Shown: positions 23,435 through 37,069 of the stretch, in pieces | How positions within the stretch are numbered: position 1 is the first letter of the stretch | Layout: each line of letters opens with the position of its first letter | Source: Octopus sinensis | Taxonomy: Eukaryota | Reading direction: 5' to 3' | NCBI RefSeq assembly: GCF_006345805.1 | Contig: NC_043007.1 | Span: 29,016,001-29,080,000 of the forward strand | DNA: 64,000 nucleotides | Translations under genes and position numbers: made by a program | The notes under the pieces: generated by a model | The model's input: the letters and a program-made list of their open reading frames with translations, nothing else | Told to the model about the DNA's origin: nothing | Databases searched by the model: none

Positions 23435-24299
23435 TAAGTCATAACCAATGATATTCTACCAGACTGCATAAAAGCATAACTGTTCAAAATTTCTGTTAGA
23501 GTGTGTTATTTCTTACTTATGGACAACTGACCAATGTGTGTGTGTGTGTGTGTACACATACATACCCTCTCTCTCTCTCTCTCAGAGAGGCACAAGCACC
23601 TACACACACATGTACACATACGGCAGTAACTTCCAGTGCATATATACATATATGTATACACACACAGTCAACATATAATATACATTGCAAGGATGAAGTT
23701 TATAATCAGTAAAATGGTGTAATTGTTAAAACAAATGTGAAAAGAATAATAATGATAATAATAATAATGTAGCAGAGACTTCTTTATCAAAAAACAACAG
23801 ACAACTTCTTGCAGATAGTGATATAATATGGTGTCTGTTGTTGTAGACTTGCAGACTACATTGTTACCTCTACATACACCTGCTGCCATTTCTGCTACAT
23901 ACCACCACCACCACCACCATGACCACCACTACCATCATCATGATAAATAAATTCACAATATCAAAGAGTAGACTCGATCCCTGGTTTGATTAAACCACCC
24001 TCATACCTGGCCCTTTGGATGTCTTTGTAGATTGCCATCTTTTGTAAATATTAGAGCCAGATGGTTTCTGATCAAAAGGTAGCTTCTTTTCTGTCTTCCA
24101 CCTGTGTTAAGGGTCTTAAAGAGGATCATGAGACTGCCATTCCTCCCTAACAAATGAAATAAGTTACGGTACAGTTTCCTTTCTTTACAATAACTGGATT
24201 GGTGCTTCCAAATAAATTTCAGTAAATCTTACCATCCTCATCTTTATCTTTTACTGGCCATCTTCCATGTGAAAAATCATTTTTAGAATAATCATGATA

Positions 24300-24605
24300 A
24301 TGATGATGGGAAGAATTTGGAGCATGCAAACAGTAAAGGTTGTGCCAATAATAATAAGTGCACTGGGAAATGTAAGCCAAGATATAAACCAGTGGCTGAG
24401 GGAGATTGAAATAGAATGGTTGGTAGAGCTCCTACAGAAAGTTTGTTTCTTGGGGACAGCAAGGATTATCAGGAGGGTCCCAAGCACTTGAAAGATTGCT
24501 GAAAACTTGTGGATACCTAAGGTCACAGGCAGTAACCCGCAATCCACAGAATCCCTACCAGGAATAAGACCAAACCTGAGACAAACCAAAATAATAATAA
24601 TAATC
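24300..24605 (+). mobile_element. R4/Dong-like non-LTR retrotransposon 3' fragment (restriction-like endonuclease C-terminus) with (AAT)n tail
   Basis: IWSMQTVKVVPIIISALG...LLQKVCFLGTARIIRRV. The clade assignment is by motif resemblance only. Confidence 0.8.
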
Positions 24606-24809
24606 CTTTCTACTATAAGCATAAGGCCTGAAATTTTGGGGATGAGGGCTAGTTGATTATATTGGTCCTAGTGCATAACTGGTGCTTATTTCATTGACCC
24701 TGAAAGGATGAAATTTGAGCTCAAAACATAAGGATGGATGAAGTGCTACTAAGCATTTTGCTTGGCATGCTAACGATTCTACCAGCTTGCCACCTTAATA
24801 GTAATAATA

Positions 24810-24855
<46 letters not shown>

Positions 24856-25240
24856 GATAATAATAATAGTTGCCCTGATGCAATATCAGGTAGTGGCTCT
24901 TATGGCTTCTGGTCTTAACTGATTTGAAGGTGGCACGTAAATAGTACCTTTCAAGCGTTGGGCCTCACAGAGGCAATGGCAAATGACCAAAACCTTTGGT
25001 AATGCTTGAGAAGATGCCTGTGGCATGTAAAAGCACCCATTACACTCTTGGAGTGTGTGACATCAGGAAGGGCATCCAGCCATAGAAACCATACCAAATC
25101 AGACGAGAGTCTGGCACAGCCCCTCAGCTTACCAGTCCTGGTCAAACATCTAACCCATGCCAGCATGGACAACAGACGTTAAATGATGATGATGATGATC
25201 ATACACATGTTTTATCTTGGTATAAAAGATAAGCCACCCT

Positions 25241-28200
25241 GTCTATCATCTCACTATCTGCACTAATGGCTCGAGTGCCAGTATGTAGAGAAGGGGTGAG
25301 AGTGGACATCCTTCATGAATCGAATGTGCAATGCTAAACGATTCTGACAGGTGACCATTTACTTTGACTACCAATGTCACTGTACATTGCAGCAATCCAG
25401 CCTCCAGAAACGGGACGAAAACCAACCGCCTTAAAAACAGCCTCCAAGTACTGATGGTCAACCCTACTGAAAGCTTTCAATTGGTCCAAATTGATCAGGG
25501 CCTCACCCATGACAGGTTCTTTACCAACCCTCTCTATGATGTATCGCATGAGGTGGAGATTGTTGTGGATAGATCTGTTGGGGATAGCGCAAGTCTGCAC
25601 ATCATCCACCAGTCTGTCAAGGAAAAACACCAACCTCTTCATCAAAATTTTATAATCTACATTTAGCAGAGTTACAGGCCTAACGTTATCAACAATGTCT
25701 CCCTTGTTTGGATCCTTTCTCAGTAGCGTCACCACAACAGCTCACAGATCTGGGAATTCTCCCATTTTGCTGCTAGTTGCAGTAGACATCTCCCCAAAGC
25801 TCACCAAACAAGTATGGCATATGAATATAAAACTCAAGGGCCATCCAATGCCAGAGACTTCTCCCTTATGCAACTAGCCAACACATCATGTATATCTTCA
25901 GCTGCTATTGGCATTTTGCAGAACTCTATATCCCTGGCCAAAAGCCATGACAGACCATCAAGGTAGGAAGTGTCCATCTCTGGACCACCACGTGCCCCGT
26001 ATAGTTCAGCAAAGTGCTGCTGAAATTCCACACAAATCTGCTTGGACTCGTGTAGCATGCACCTGTCCCAACCCCTCAAAGACCGAATTGTAGTTTTATT
26101 ACCACGATGCGCCTCAGCCACCAAGGCCCATCGAATGGCTTTTGTTCCCTCCTGCTTTAGAGCACATGCCCTAATTCAGACTATGTAACCTTCATGCTTG
26201 GTGTTGAAGAATTGGTTCAGAACCAATCTTGCTGCCAGCACGTCAGTCACTATGCCTCTGCTGAGTGCCTCTTTTAGTTTCCTAACTAGGTCTCCCTCTA
26301 CTCTAGTCTTCTCTATCACTAGTTCTTTGCTAAATTCTATAGCTTCTACTCTAATCACCCATTTTAGGGATATCCACCATTGGTTGTTGATGAATGCACC
26401 TGTTAAATTTGGATTGACTAACTTGCTAAGTTAGTCTCTGAAGGCTTGATGTGCCAGGAAGGACATGTTCAGAATCCAGAATCCTGCCTATGAAGGCTGA
26501 CTAGGTCAACCATACAGATCACAAACTTGTGGTCTGTATAGATGACAAGTTCGAATTGTCGACAACCTATGCTTCCCTTATCTGCTGGCCTACAAAATAC
26601 CCTATCTAGATAAGATCTGGATGACCTGATACTGTTTGCCCATGACCACACTGGGGCATTCGAGTAACCCAGTCTGAACCTGTCAGCTAGTTGGAAATGA
26701 CTGAGCAGGTTTGCCAGGCTTGCACACTTGGCTTTTCTATCCGCTAGCCCCACCCAATCCACACAGGCATCCTAGATGATGTCCCAGTCACCCACCAACA
26801 CTAAAGACTGAGACATCCTTAGAAAAAACTCTGGCTTCCCCAATTCAGTTGGAGCATACACAGCAGCCAGTCTAAAAGCACTGCCTTCGTTATTGTTCAA
26901 ATCCAGGACCACCAACTTACCTTCCGGGTCCTGGAAGACTGATTGTATCTCATGATCCAGGCCTTTTCTGAACAACACTGCCACCCCCACCCCTGTTCCT
27001 GGTTAACTAAGAGATGCAAAAATCTTCAAATCATCAAAAATGGGTGCTAAGGTGTGTGTGTGTGTGTGTGTGTGTGTCTGGAATCCTAATCTCACTGATG
27101 GTTATTACATCCAAATTCAGCCACCTGAGGTCATTGAGCAAGTGACCTTGCTTCCAAGACGACCCCAGGCCACATAAATTTATGCAACCTACTCTTAACT
27201 CTGCCACATTAGTCTAAAAGGAAAGAAAGAAAGATGAGGAGTGTGCTTACCTCCCTGGAGCCATTGTAGAATGGGTGATCCCACCTCCATTTCTGCATTT
27301 GGATCCTTTGGGAACACTTGTAAAAACTTTGCATTGGCATTTAATTGAGGGATCCCTACATCATGTGGAAGACATCCCTAATTGTTTGGAAAGTGTCCAA
27401 ATCCATCCTCACCATCATTAAGTCCTTCTGTAGGTTGTATGTGCTAGTCCAAGAAGATTTCCCCCCACCTTTTTCAATGTTTTCCCTTCATGATAAGAGG
27501 GCTATCAGTTGTTTGTTGGCCCTCTTTACTAATGCAAAGTTAGCTGCCTGCGTCATCATTTTTTGCTGTTCTTGTTGCATTTGTGGTGTGAGTTTCCTTT
27601 TGGGATTTGTTTTATCTGTCTGCAGTGGGGTTTAGTTGACCTCTCCAACGGTTTTCCTGCTGGTGTTGTTGTTATGCCTGCCACCGCCTCCGCCACTGTT
27701 GCTATTTTTGCTGCTTTCCCTGTTGTTGGTGATGATCTTTCTACAGCTGGTGCTGCTTTTTGTTTTCCCAGTCTTGATGTTGGGGTCAGTGGAGGTCTAC
27801 AGACCCTGTACTTATTCACTGATGACAGAGTGCTTGTAGGTGTGTTGGTGATCAAGGATAATTTCATCCTGTCCTTGAGGTGGATATAATCTGGGATGTT
27901 CTCCAAGTCTTGTGGTTTTATTTGGATTAACATTTTCAAATCTATCTCACCCCAGTCTTCTCTTTGCATCCATTGGACTTTTAGGAGGAAGGTGTCGCTG
28001 CCCTCTGCAATCACACATCCCACGAGTTATATGTTGATACCTGGTGTTATTCTGGGGACTCAAACTTTTATTGTTCTTCTGCCCATGCAGGATGGGTACA
28101 TTATGAGCTGGTCAGTTTTACAGGGTCCCACTGAATGCTTCATGGCCAGCTCTTCTGTTTCAAAAAAGGATTGAGATGGTACCAAAACTTTGGGCTCTTT

Positions 28201-28900
28201 GAATGAGTTCATCATCCTCTCTGATTGATCTCAGAACCATCTCTACTTGAAGGTGGGAGGGTTGTTCTGCTCTCCAAGACTGCACCGAGATGTGCCTATA
28301 CTTTAATGTCCTCCTCTCAATTTCTGCCTCCACTTCAGCTGGGATTGCAAGGTTAGTCCAGGTTTTTTCTTTTATGAGTTTGTGGGCCTGGGCTAACATC
28401 TCTTTTTTGTTGGGGTTGTCTATCTCAAGACTTTTGTTGGCATTTCACAGCTGCTGCTGCAAAAGTACTTGTTCTGCTCCCACTGTTGATGATGGTGGTG
28501 GAATCATTCACGTTGTAACTGCTATTGTTTCTTCCAAATACACCCACCTCTCTGTTGCTGGTGCTGACGTAGGTACTGGTTGTGTTCTCATCGATGTTTT
28601 TGTGGACGTTATTCGTTCTGTTATTGTTTTCTGTTATGCTTCTCTGTTCCACAGAGTTGAAGTTGTTATTTTCTTTGTTGATATCAGTTATCATGGTATT
28701 TTCCACATCATTTGTTTTGGGAGTTGGCAGTTACATTTTTGTTGTCTATTCGCTTATTGAGTGATTGTGTGTTCTCCATTGTGTCGCTTTTCTCTTTGTT
28801 CTTTGCGGTTAATTTTATTGCTTTCCGTAGGGTCTGTGGTGCTTTTGGATTCATTATCAGTTTTGTCCCCAAAATTGTTACTTGTGACTCTTCCTGCTGT
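25241..28900 (-). mobile_element. Degraded Tx1/L1-clade LINE: ORF1, AP endonuclease and RT, 3'-truncated
   Basis: Collinear minus-strand fragments. ORF1: 28706-27556 (MENTMITD...TFAAAAVK...). Endonuclease: VGCINLCGL, GVAVLFRK, VYAP, LVGDW, SYLDRVF, TDHK. RT: RPVTLLNVDYKIL, LDQLKAFSRVDH, GCPLSPLLYILALEPL. Confidence 0.9.
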
Positions 28901-29639
28901 CACAAACTGGTTTGTTTTGCATTAGAAAGTTACGCCCCTCCACACCATTTTTCACTTGTGAACATGTGAACATTTCACAAATACTAATATTTGGGCACAA
29001 GACCTGAATATTATTTAATTCTTTTTTTCTGGGAACAAAGACTATTGTCTTATGCTCCCTAATGAAAACAGTAGTTTTGATAATAAAAATACCTGTCAAA
29101 CTTCCACCAACGTTCCAGCCTTCCAGCCGGAAGTATAATACTAACAATAATAATAATAATAATCCTTAAAAATGTTTTAGCCCGAAGGCCGCGGCCATGC
29201 TGGGTCAAATTTGGGAAAGGGGATATCGATTACATCAACCTCAGTACTTAATTGATACTTGTTTTTTTGACTTTGAAAGGATGAAAGACAAAGTTAACCT
29301 TGGTAGAATTTGAACTTGGAACGTGAAGACAAACAAAAAATACTGATAAGCATTTTACCTGCTGTGCCAAAGATTCTACCAGCTCACCACCTCAATAACA
29401 ATAATAATAATTGCTTCTAATTTAGACCCAAAGCCAGCAATTTTGATAGGAGGGGGCTTACTCAATATAGTTGATCCTAGTAAATACTTTTTGTCTGGTA
29501 CTTTATTTTATCAACCCTGAAAGGTTGAAAGGTAAAGTTGTATGTATGCATGTCTCTTCTATTTTTTAATTATTATAAATCTTCCGCTGAGGAGGGAGCT
29601 GGTTTCCAACAAAGATACAAGGCTCCATCTTTGGGATGT

Positions 29640-29900
29640 AGTTAACACAGACAAATTCACATTTGGAACTTGACAAAAGTCTTGCATATTTGTACTGTTC
29701 CATTCACAGATTGCACTTGTAATGTATGAATTAGTCAGTTGATTCCTCGTTCTGAAAATCCCAGTTTATCCAGATTCTTCTTTAAGCATTTACTAACAAA
29801 ACCTAGTGCTCCTAGTGATGATGATTGGCTTTGTTTGGTGCTCTGCCAGTTCTGTAATTTTGTCAATCCATTAAATTGAGTTGATAGAACTGATCGAAAT
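29640..29900 (-). mobile_element. R4/Dong-like 3' fragment
   Basis: Minus strand LGALGFVSKCLKKNLDKLGFSERGIN*LIHTLQVQSVNGTVQICKTF resembles the RLE C-terminal GALG...LQ...GT motif. Confidence 0.6.
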
Positions 29901-30682
29901 CAAATCCACTTATCAGAAAATTATCAAGATCCAAAAGATCAACAAAATATTATTCCACCCATGCCCAACCCCTACAAACTGACACATTTTATGTACTTTG
30001 GTGAAACTGTTTTCATCAGTGATAAAACTTTTTAATTAATTGAGGAATTTGTTATATGGAGAGGAGGTGGAGGGTCTACAAACATTCTTTGTTTAGCGGG
30101 TGGTGTGAATGTTGAATTAACTCTATCTGTCGATAGGTAGATGGATGGATAGGAGGGGGGAAGAGATAGGGGAAAGGGGTGAGGGAGAGAATGAGAGAGA
30201 CTTTTATGAGACAAGGCAGGTGTATGAATGTTTAATGGTATTTAATGGAACCAAATTAGAGCATGTTGGAGGGGAGGGGCCATTTCATTGGAGATAATTA
30301 CTGAGGGAGGTCAGAACAGGGAGGAAGAGAAAGAGAGGGAGAAGGTAGAGAGAGAGAGAGAGAGAGAGAAAGTATCTGTCACCATGGCTACCATGTTTTC
30401 ACAGGAACATCCACTTTAAATAGCAGACATTAAAAACAAGGACTATTCCCAACAACAAATGTGAGTGTGTGTGTGTAAATATACATGCACATACACACAC
30501 ACACACAAATATACATATACATATACATATACAGACACATATATGCCTGTATACACTAACTTCACACACACACATATATATATGCAGTTATACACACATA
30601 TATATGTATGTTTTTGTATATATATGTCTGTATGAATAAATATATGCATATATATTATATATATGTATATATATGTATGTAT

Positions 30683-30728
<46 letters not shown>

Positions 30729-31465
30729 TACAACAAGTATAAAATTAACTTGACTGTGAGAGAGAAAGTAATCTAAAATTAGCTGTTTGACAATGAAATA
30801 GTGATGTAATGTGCTTCCACTTCAGAAATATCACTTTATCAAATTTCATCTGGCTACCAGAGTAGATCCGAGTAAACAAAACAGAAATAGAAAACTGAGT
30901 GTGGTGGCTGGTCATAACAGAGAAATTCATCAGAAATGGCTGAGAGCAGTTCTTTTAACAAATTCAACTTTGGTGCTGCTATCAGGTTTCCTTAAATAAT
31001 TGCAATCAAGTTTTGCAATGAATGTAATAATAAAGAAATATTATCATACATTCTAGTAAAGTTTTATTCTGGAAACTGTCTTTTATGAGATTTTGTTGGG
31101 TAATTTCTTTTTATTCAATTATTTTAAAGGGATTAAGGAAATGGAAGTATCACTGATGTTTTGAACTTAAGCTCTTCATCATAGAGTTTGATGAGAGAAA
31201 GGAGAAGCATAGAAGAAGGAAAGAAAACAAACATGACAAAAAAATATGTGTTATTCTAATTGAAATCATGTTAACCAAGAACACATTATACTAGTTACCA
31301 GGCCAGTTTAATAGAATTCACCTGTATCCTCTTGCTATTTATTGACCCTTTATCAATAAATGGTAAACAGCGGATGATAAATTTGCTAAAATACAGTCAA
31401 TGGCTGTTTGTAATTAATTACCTCCCTTTATAGATTGAGTTCAAACCAATCAAAATTAACTTTAC

Positions 31466-31517
31466 CATTTCTCCACCAGTGATATACTGGGATCCATAGA
31501 AGCAAGGCCATCATTCA
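31466..31517 (-). CDS. Candidate internal coding exon (52 nt, phase 1-2; NDGLASMDPSISLVEK)
   Basis: Very strong pyrimidine tract cccctacttctttttcctcttttaatgatag, donor ATG|gtaaag; only one frame is open. Confidence 0.4.
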
Positions 31518-33034
31518 CTATCATTAAAAGAGGAAAAAGAAGTAGGGGCTGGGGAATAACAGAAAAGTAAAGAATTAGTACAAATGTTGTGGGAGATTTA
31601 TTCAGGACTCTCGAAAAGAAGTTTGAATCCCACGAGTTAACATTCTGTCTTATTACTCAGAGTACATGTAAAAACAATACCAGTTATAGACTTGGGTTGA
31701 TTTAATCAACTTTACTTCTCCCACTTACAATATCAGAAATGATAATTTCAAATAAAAATAAGTTGATGGAATGAGGTGGGTGGGGGAGGGTGACATTAAT
31801 CTAAGTGCCTTGTGGTATTTATACTCATCTCTCCCCGTTCTGAGTTCAAATCCCATTAATATTGCTATTGGCTGCCAAACTTAGAATACTCACAGAATTA
31901 ATAGCAATCATATCATGAGTTACATATCATGGATTCATTTCGATACCACCACCACCACCATTAACATCTACTTTTGTATCTTGTACAAATGTAAGAGTTT
32001 TTTTTTCTTTTTGGGCGTGTGTGTTCCAATTACTCAAGTGTATGAAGTAGACATTGAAACCAGAAGATTTTGAAGAGATTTAGGAAGAAACGCTAATGTT
32101 TCTATGTGTTATTTACATTAATTAAGCAAAACAGCTTGTCTCAACTGTTCTTCCCCCACCACCTCCATCTCCACAACATATGCTGGTGCAATCCATGAAG
32201 GGAGATCTTCAGCTGACCTTCTTCATCACAGATATGCTGTCTGCAAGCTGAAAGGAATGCCTGCCCATTCCCTAATTAACATCACTGGAATCTAATGCTT
32301 TGTCTCATCTAAAGCTGGTATTTCTGTTGACTGATACAATAGATGTTACTGAAAGAAACTTTATGACATTTCAAACAGCCAAACTTCCATACAATGAACT
32401 TCATTTGCCATTTACAGAAATTATTTCTTGGAGTTATAATTTTGTGAATTTTACACCATATTCCATTTGTAAATCATCTCATAAAAGATGGATAAACTTA
32501 CAGCAACTCTTTCACCAGATATTATTTCAGGAACCATTTATTAAAAAGCTACTTTGTGATACAGTTATTCTAACACAGAATAGGCAAGGAAATGGCCACA
32601 CATTTGTGACTTTGGGGATGTTTTAAGAATGAAACTGGGCCCTAGTATTTTACGGGAACAGATGAGTGAAAAGTAAAGGATTTAACTTCAGAACATAAAA
32701 GGATGTAATACCACAAGGTGTTACATCTGAGCCTGTTTGGATAAAATAAAGGTCTAGGGTCAATAGTATTGACTGAAGTTCCTCCCACAAAATTTAAAGC
32801 CTGGTACCTTTGTTAGAAACTACTGGCAGGAATCAGTAGAGCACTGGAAAAAGTACCTTGTGGTATTTGCTCTGGTATTTTACATTCTAAGTTCAAACCC
32901 CATCAAGGTCAAGTTTGGCTTCCATTCTGCTGGGGTTGAAAAAAAAGTATCAGTCAAGTACTGGTACTTAATTTATGTAATCAACTCACCATCTGCCCCC
33001 AAATTTCAGGCTCTATACCTGTAATAGAAAGGAT

Positions 33035-33600
33035 TATTATTATTATTATTTATTCTTTTTATCTCAGGTTTTGTTGTAATACCTGGAGTCTTGCTACCTG
33101 CAGCCTATGGTACCATGCTATTTGTTCTTTTCAACTATCTAATATTTTCCTGATTATTCTGGCCATGCCAAAGAGGCAAACCTTTTGTAACAGTTCTACT
33201 GGGCACTCTATTCCAATTTCCTTTCTATTCCTCTTCATGCCTTCTGATACTGTCTTCAAGGACCCAACAATAATTGGCACTATCTTCACTTTCTTCATTT
33301 TCCATAGCTGGGCTATTTCGTATTTAAGAGGGTTGTATTTATTTTTTCGCCTTTCTTCTTGACTATTCATGGGTCAAAGGGGCATGCAACATCAACTATA
33401 TAGTACATGTGGTGCATCTTGTCGACCACCACTTGGTCCAGTCCATTATGCTCTGACACCTGATCTGTTTGGATTGGAAAATCCCAGAGAATTTGTAGGT
33501 CTCTGACTCTGCCCCTCTTTGCCCTTTGTGTTCATACTATGTCTTGCCTTTCTCTGGCCTTCACTTTTTGCACAGTTTCCAATGTAGCACTTTTGCTACT
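33035..33600 (-). mobile_element. R4/Dong-like RLE domain fragment with (AAT)n tail
   Basis: QILWDFPIQTDQVSEHNGLDQVVVDK...IVDVACPFDP followed by KYNPLKYEIAQLWKMKKVKIVPIIVGSL...LQKVCLFGMARIIRKIL. Confidence 0.85.
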
Positions 33601-33639
33601 GCATCATGTTACCACAACTTGTAGTGGTTTTGGGCGTAT

Positions 33640-34190
33640 CATCATTATTATTATTTTCATTATCATCATCTTTCAATTCTGCTTCTATTTCTTGCCGAGT
33701 GTCTTCCTGATACCAAGGGCAGAGAAACACACTGTATACATTAGTAGGCCATTAAAATAAACACACCGGATTGTTCATTTACAAAGTCATGCAATAGAGA
33801 AAAGGGGGAAGAAAGACAGAGAGAAAAGGGAAAAAAATTAAAAAAATTAAAAAGTAAACAAAGAAAATAAAGGAATAAAAATTCACAGCAACAATACTCT
33901 TTGCAATACGTGTGACCAGTTAAGACAATCTTTTGCATTTCCTACATGGATGGTAAGCCAGGAATCATTCTTAAATAATTTTCAGTTCCTTTTTTGATCA
34001 TTCCAAGTGCTCCTACAATCACTGGTATTGTAACCGTCTTAAGATGCCATATCTTTTCCATTTCAATTAGTAAAACTTTATATTTTCTGAGCTTATCAAA
34101 GTCTTTTGCCAAGATATTATGATCACAGGGTACGCTCATATCAATCAATAAACAGACTTTATTGTTTTGGTCTTTCACAACAATATCCAT
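33640..34190 (-). mobile_element. R4/Dong-like RLE domain fragment (different subfamily)
   Basis: DIVVKDQNNKVCLLIDMSVPCDHNI...KYKVLLIEMEKIWHLKTVTIPVIVGALG. Confidence 0.85.
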
Positions 34191-34555
34191 CACCATCATC
34201 ATTGTTCGACCGTGGTCGAGACAATGGAATTTACCATACTACGCCAGACTTCACGGTCCATCATAGCATTACGGAGGTCCTGTTGCTGGATGCCTGTATC
34301 CCTGGAGATTACATCAGGGTAGGAGAGTGTGCGCCCTCTGGAATTGCGAGTAGATAGCTTCCAGAGGAGAAGAGTAGAAATTACCTCGTTTTCAGCTCTA
34401 CAACAATGTCCAGCAAACTGGACTCTCCTACCTTTCACAAGAGATGACACAGGTGGTAGTTTCCCATATATTTGCATTTTGGATGGATGACGCTTGAACC
34501 ATATCCAGTTCATTTGCCTTGATGGTCCAGTCTATACGCACTGGAAAGTCTCAAA
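34190..34555 (-). mobile_element. 5'-truncated RTE-type LINE 3' end abutting the RLE fragment
   Basis: ORF 34199-34513 YGKLPPVSSLVKGRRVQFAGHCCRAENEVISTLLLW...DREVWR matches the RTE C-terminal RRxxFAGH motif. Short GAT-like tail. Confidence 0.8.
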
Positions 34556-34599
<44 letters not shown>

Positions 34600-35282
34600 G
34601 ATGGTGAGCTGGCAGAATTGTTAGCATGCTAGGTGAAATGCTTAGCGGTATTTTGTCTGCCACTACATTCTGAACTCAGAACACTAGGGGCAGTTACTAT
34701 ATACAACTCGTTAACTGTTTCTGCTGAATCTGAAAATCTACCATTCTTAATAATAACAAATGAGACAGTCTCCTTATTGGAAGAAACAAAAACAATTTTA
34801 ATTGTTCATTTGATTAAATATTTTTGCTATTTTCTTTTTTGAATTGTTGTGGAAAGTCTGTCACAGACTGGTTCAATCCCCTGTTATCCCCTCAGCACCT
34901 TGTAACCTGCACTAAACATAGTAAACTCCCAAAAGCACTTTATATTAACACTATGTTAACCCACCAGCTCTATAGTAACCTCTTAATAATCTTATGTTAT
35001 CCCCTTAACGCAATGTTAACACTATGTTAGCCCTACTCTAAATTAACACTTCAACACTATGTTGATCCCTCAACACTCACTATTAACCCCTCAAATATTT
35101 CATGGGCGTTGTATCTGTTTATATTTTGGCTTGAATAAATCAAGTGCGTAATTGACATTACACATGAAACAATCTGATACCTGCATAGGCAAGTGGCATA
35201 AGCCAAGAGGCAGTGTGATGATGGCTGTGCGTGTGTGATCGACGCATCAGTGGGAAGCCATTGATCTTTGAAATATTTACAG

Positions 35283-35345
35283 CTTCACCTTTCACACTGT
35301 GGTCAGCAACTCCACCTATTGGCTATTTTGTTAACCTCTTGATCA
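35283..35345 (+). CDS. Candidate coding exon (63 nt, phase 1-1; SPFTLWSATPPIGYFVNLLI)
   Basis: Acceptor tgaaatatttacag, donor TCA|gtatgg. Followed by phase-compatible candidate 35563-35596 with donor gtaagt. Confidence 0.25.
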
Positions 35346-35751
35346 GTATGGAAAGAGTAAATTAGATTTTTAAAATGGGAATGATAATACTGAGGGGAGG
35401 GGGGGTAATGAAAGACAGAAAATGTTGGGGTAGGGATGGAAGAGAAGGAAGGAGGAGGAGGAGGAGGGTGGAGATGATGATGAGGAGGACAACAATAATG
35501 GTGGTGGCAATGATGATGATGTCAAAAACATTTAAAAAATAAAACCCTGACTTCTTTGACAGATCAATTTACCAACAATAATAAGAGCTACACCCAGTAA
35601 GTTGTAAAACCATTAGAAATGTGTCTGTGTGCATATATATATCTGTGTGTGTGTGTATGTGTATAAAAATATATACATACATATATACATTTATAAATGT
35701 ATGTATGGGTGTACACGTAAACAACTATGTGTGTGTGTGTGTGTGTCTATG

Positions 35752-35886
<135 letters not shown>

Positions 35887-36820
35887 TGCATGTGTGTCTG
35901 TATGTATCTGTTTGTGTGTCTGTATCAGTGCAATGATTCATCATAATTGTTAAAAGTGTAGGATTTAAGATAAATATATTTTCTTTGGTGACTAAATGAG
36001 CACTTAACATTCTTATTATCATGCTTATTTACACTGTAACTATTATTTTTTATTATCATTATTATTATTATTATTATTATTGTTGTTATTATTATTATTA
36101 TTATTTTCAAATGAAACTATCCCTGTTTATTAATATAACATACAAGACACAAAAGTTGCATAGACATAACTCTACCTCTCAACTCATGAGTTACAGTTGG
36201 TGCCATTGTAGACAAGGCACTAAACTACCCCTGCTCAGTTCAGAAATAAGAGTTTTGCCCACTGCCAAGATTATCTTGTTTGATTGACTCAAGGAATTAA
36301 TCCCACTTATCATAGTTGTAAGACATGGACCAGATATGTTGTTATAGTCATAAGGTATATCCCAGAAGAGTTCTCATAAGGTTTATGAGATGTCATAATA
36401 TTAATATTAACCACTTTGTAAAGCATTAAATATGTACCAATCTAAGAGTATGAAATGGTGACTGAGGGTGAAGGAGAGGCAAAATCATTAGAAATGTCTG
36501 CAAAAATACTTTGTGGTATTTCTTTGAGCTGTTTATGTTTTGAGTTCAAATACTGCCAGAACTAACTTTACCTTTCAGCCGTCCAGGATCAATAAAATAG
36601 TGTACCAGTCAAATACAGGGGTTTATTTAATCAAGTAACTTCTACCCACAAATTTCAGGTCAATGCCTATGTTAGAATCAATGGTTACTATCATTTGATG
36701 ATTAGTACCTGTTAACAATATATAGTTAATGGTGTTTTATAGCATACAACAATATTAGCTAGTGTATTACCACTCTTACATACCTAGTTGTACAATAACT
36801 ATATTATAATCACAATTATA

Positions 36821-37069
36821 CAAGGTGGTGCAAAAGCAGGTATACAGTTATGAGAAAAAAGAAAACACAATTTTCATTTATTTTTATCACAAAAATTAAA
36901 AGTTACTATAACAATATTATTATAGTTATGATAAACATATTATGATTAATGACACTGAAAATATCAAAAACGAAGCCAACTAATTTAATGTGCTAATAAT
37001 TTTAACGAATCAAGTATTATAACATTGATGTCATACTTACCGTGATACCAGCTTTTGCGCCCCACTGTG
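36821..37069. mobile_element. Tc1/mariner-type MITE
   Basis: TA|caaggtggtgcaaaagcaggtat versus reverse complement of the right end TA|cacagtggggcgcaaaagctggtat. AT-rich non-coding interior. Confidence 0.7.

Noticed and set aside
32300-32626. 108-codon plus-strand ORF
   Set aside because: TTG start, no recognisable motif; one or two ORFs of this length are expected by chance in six frames of 64 kb.
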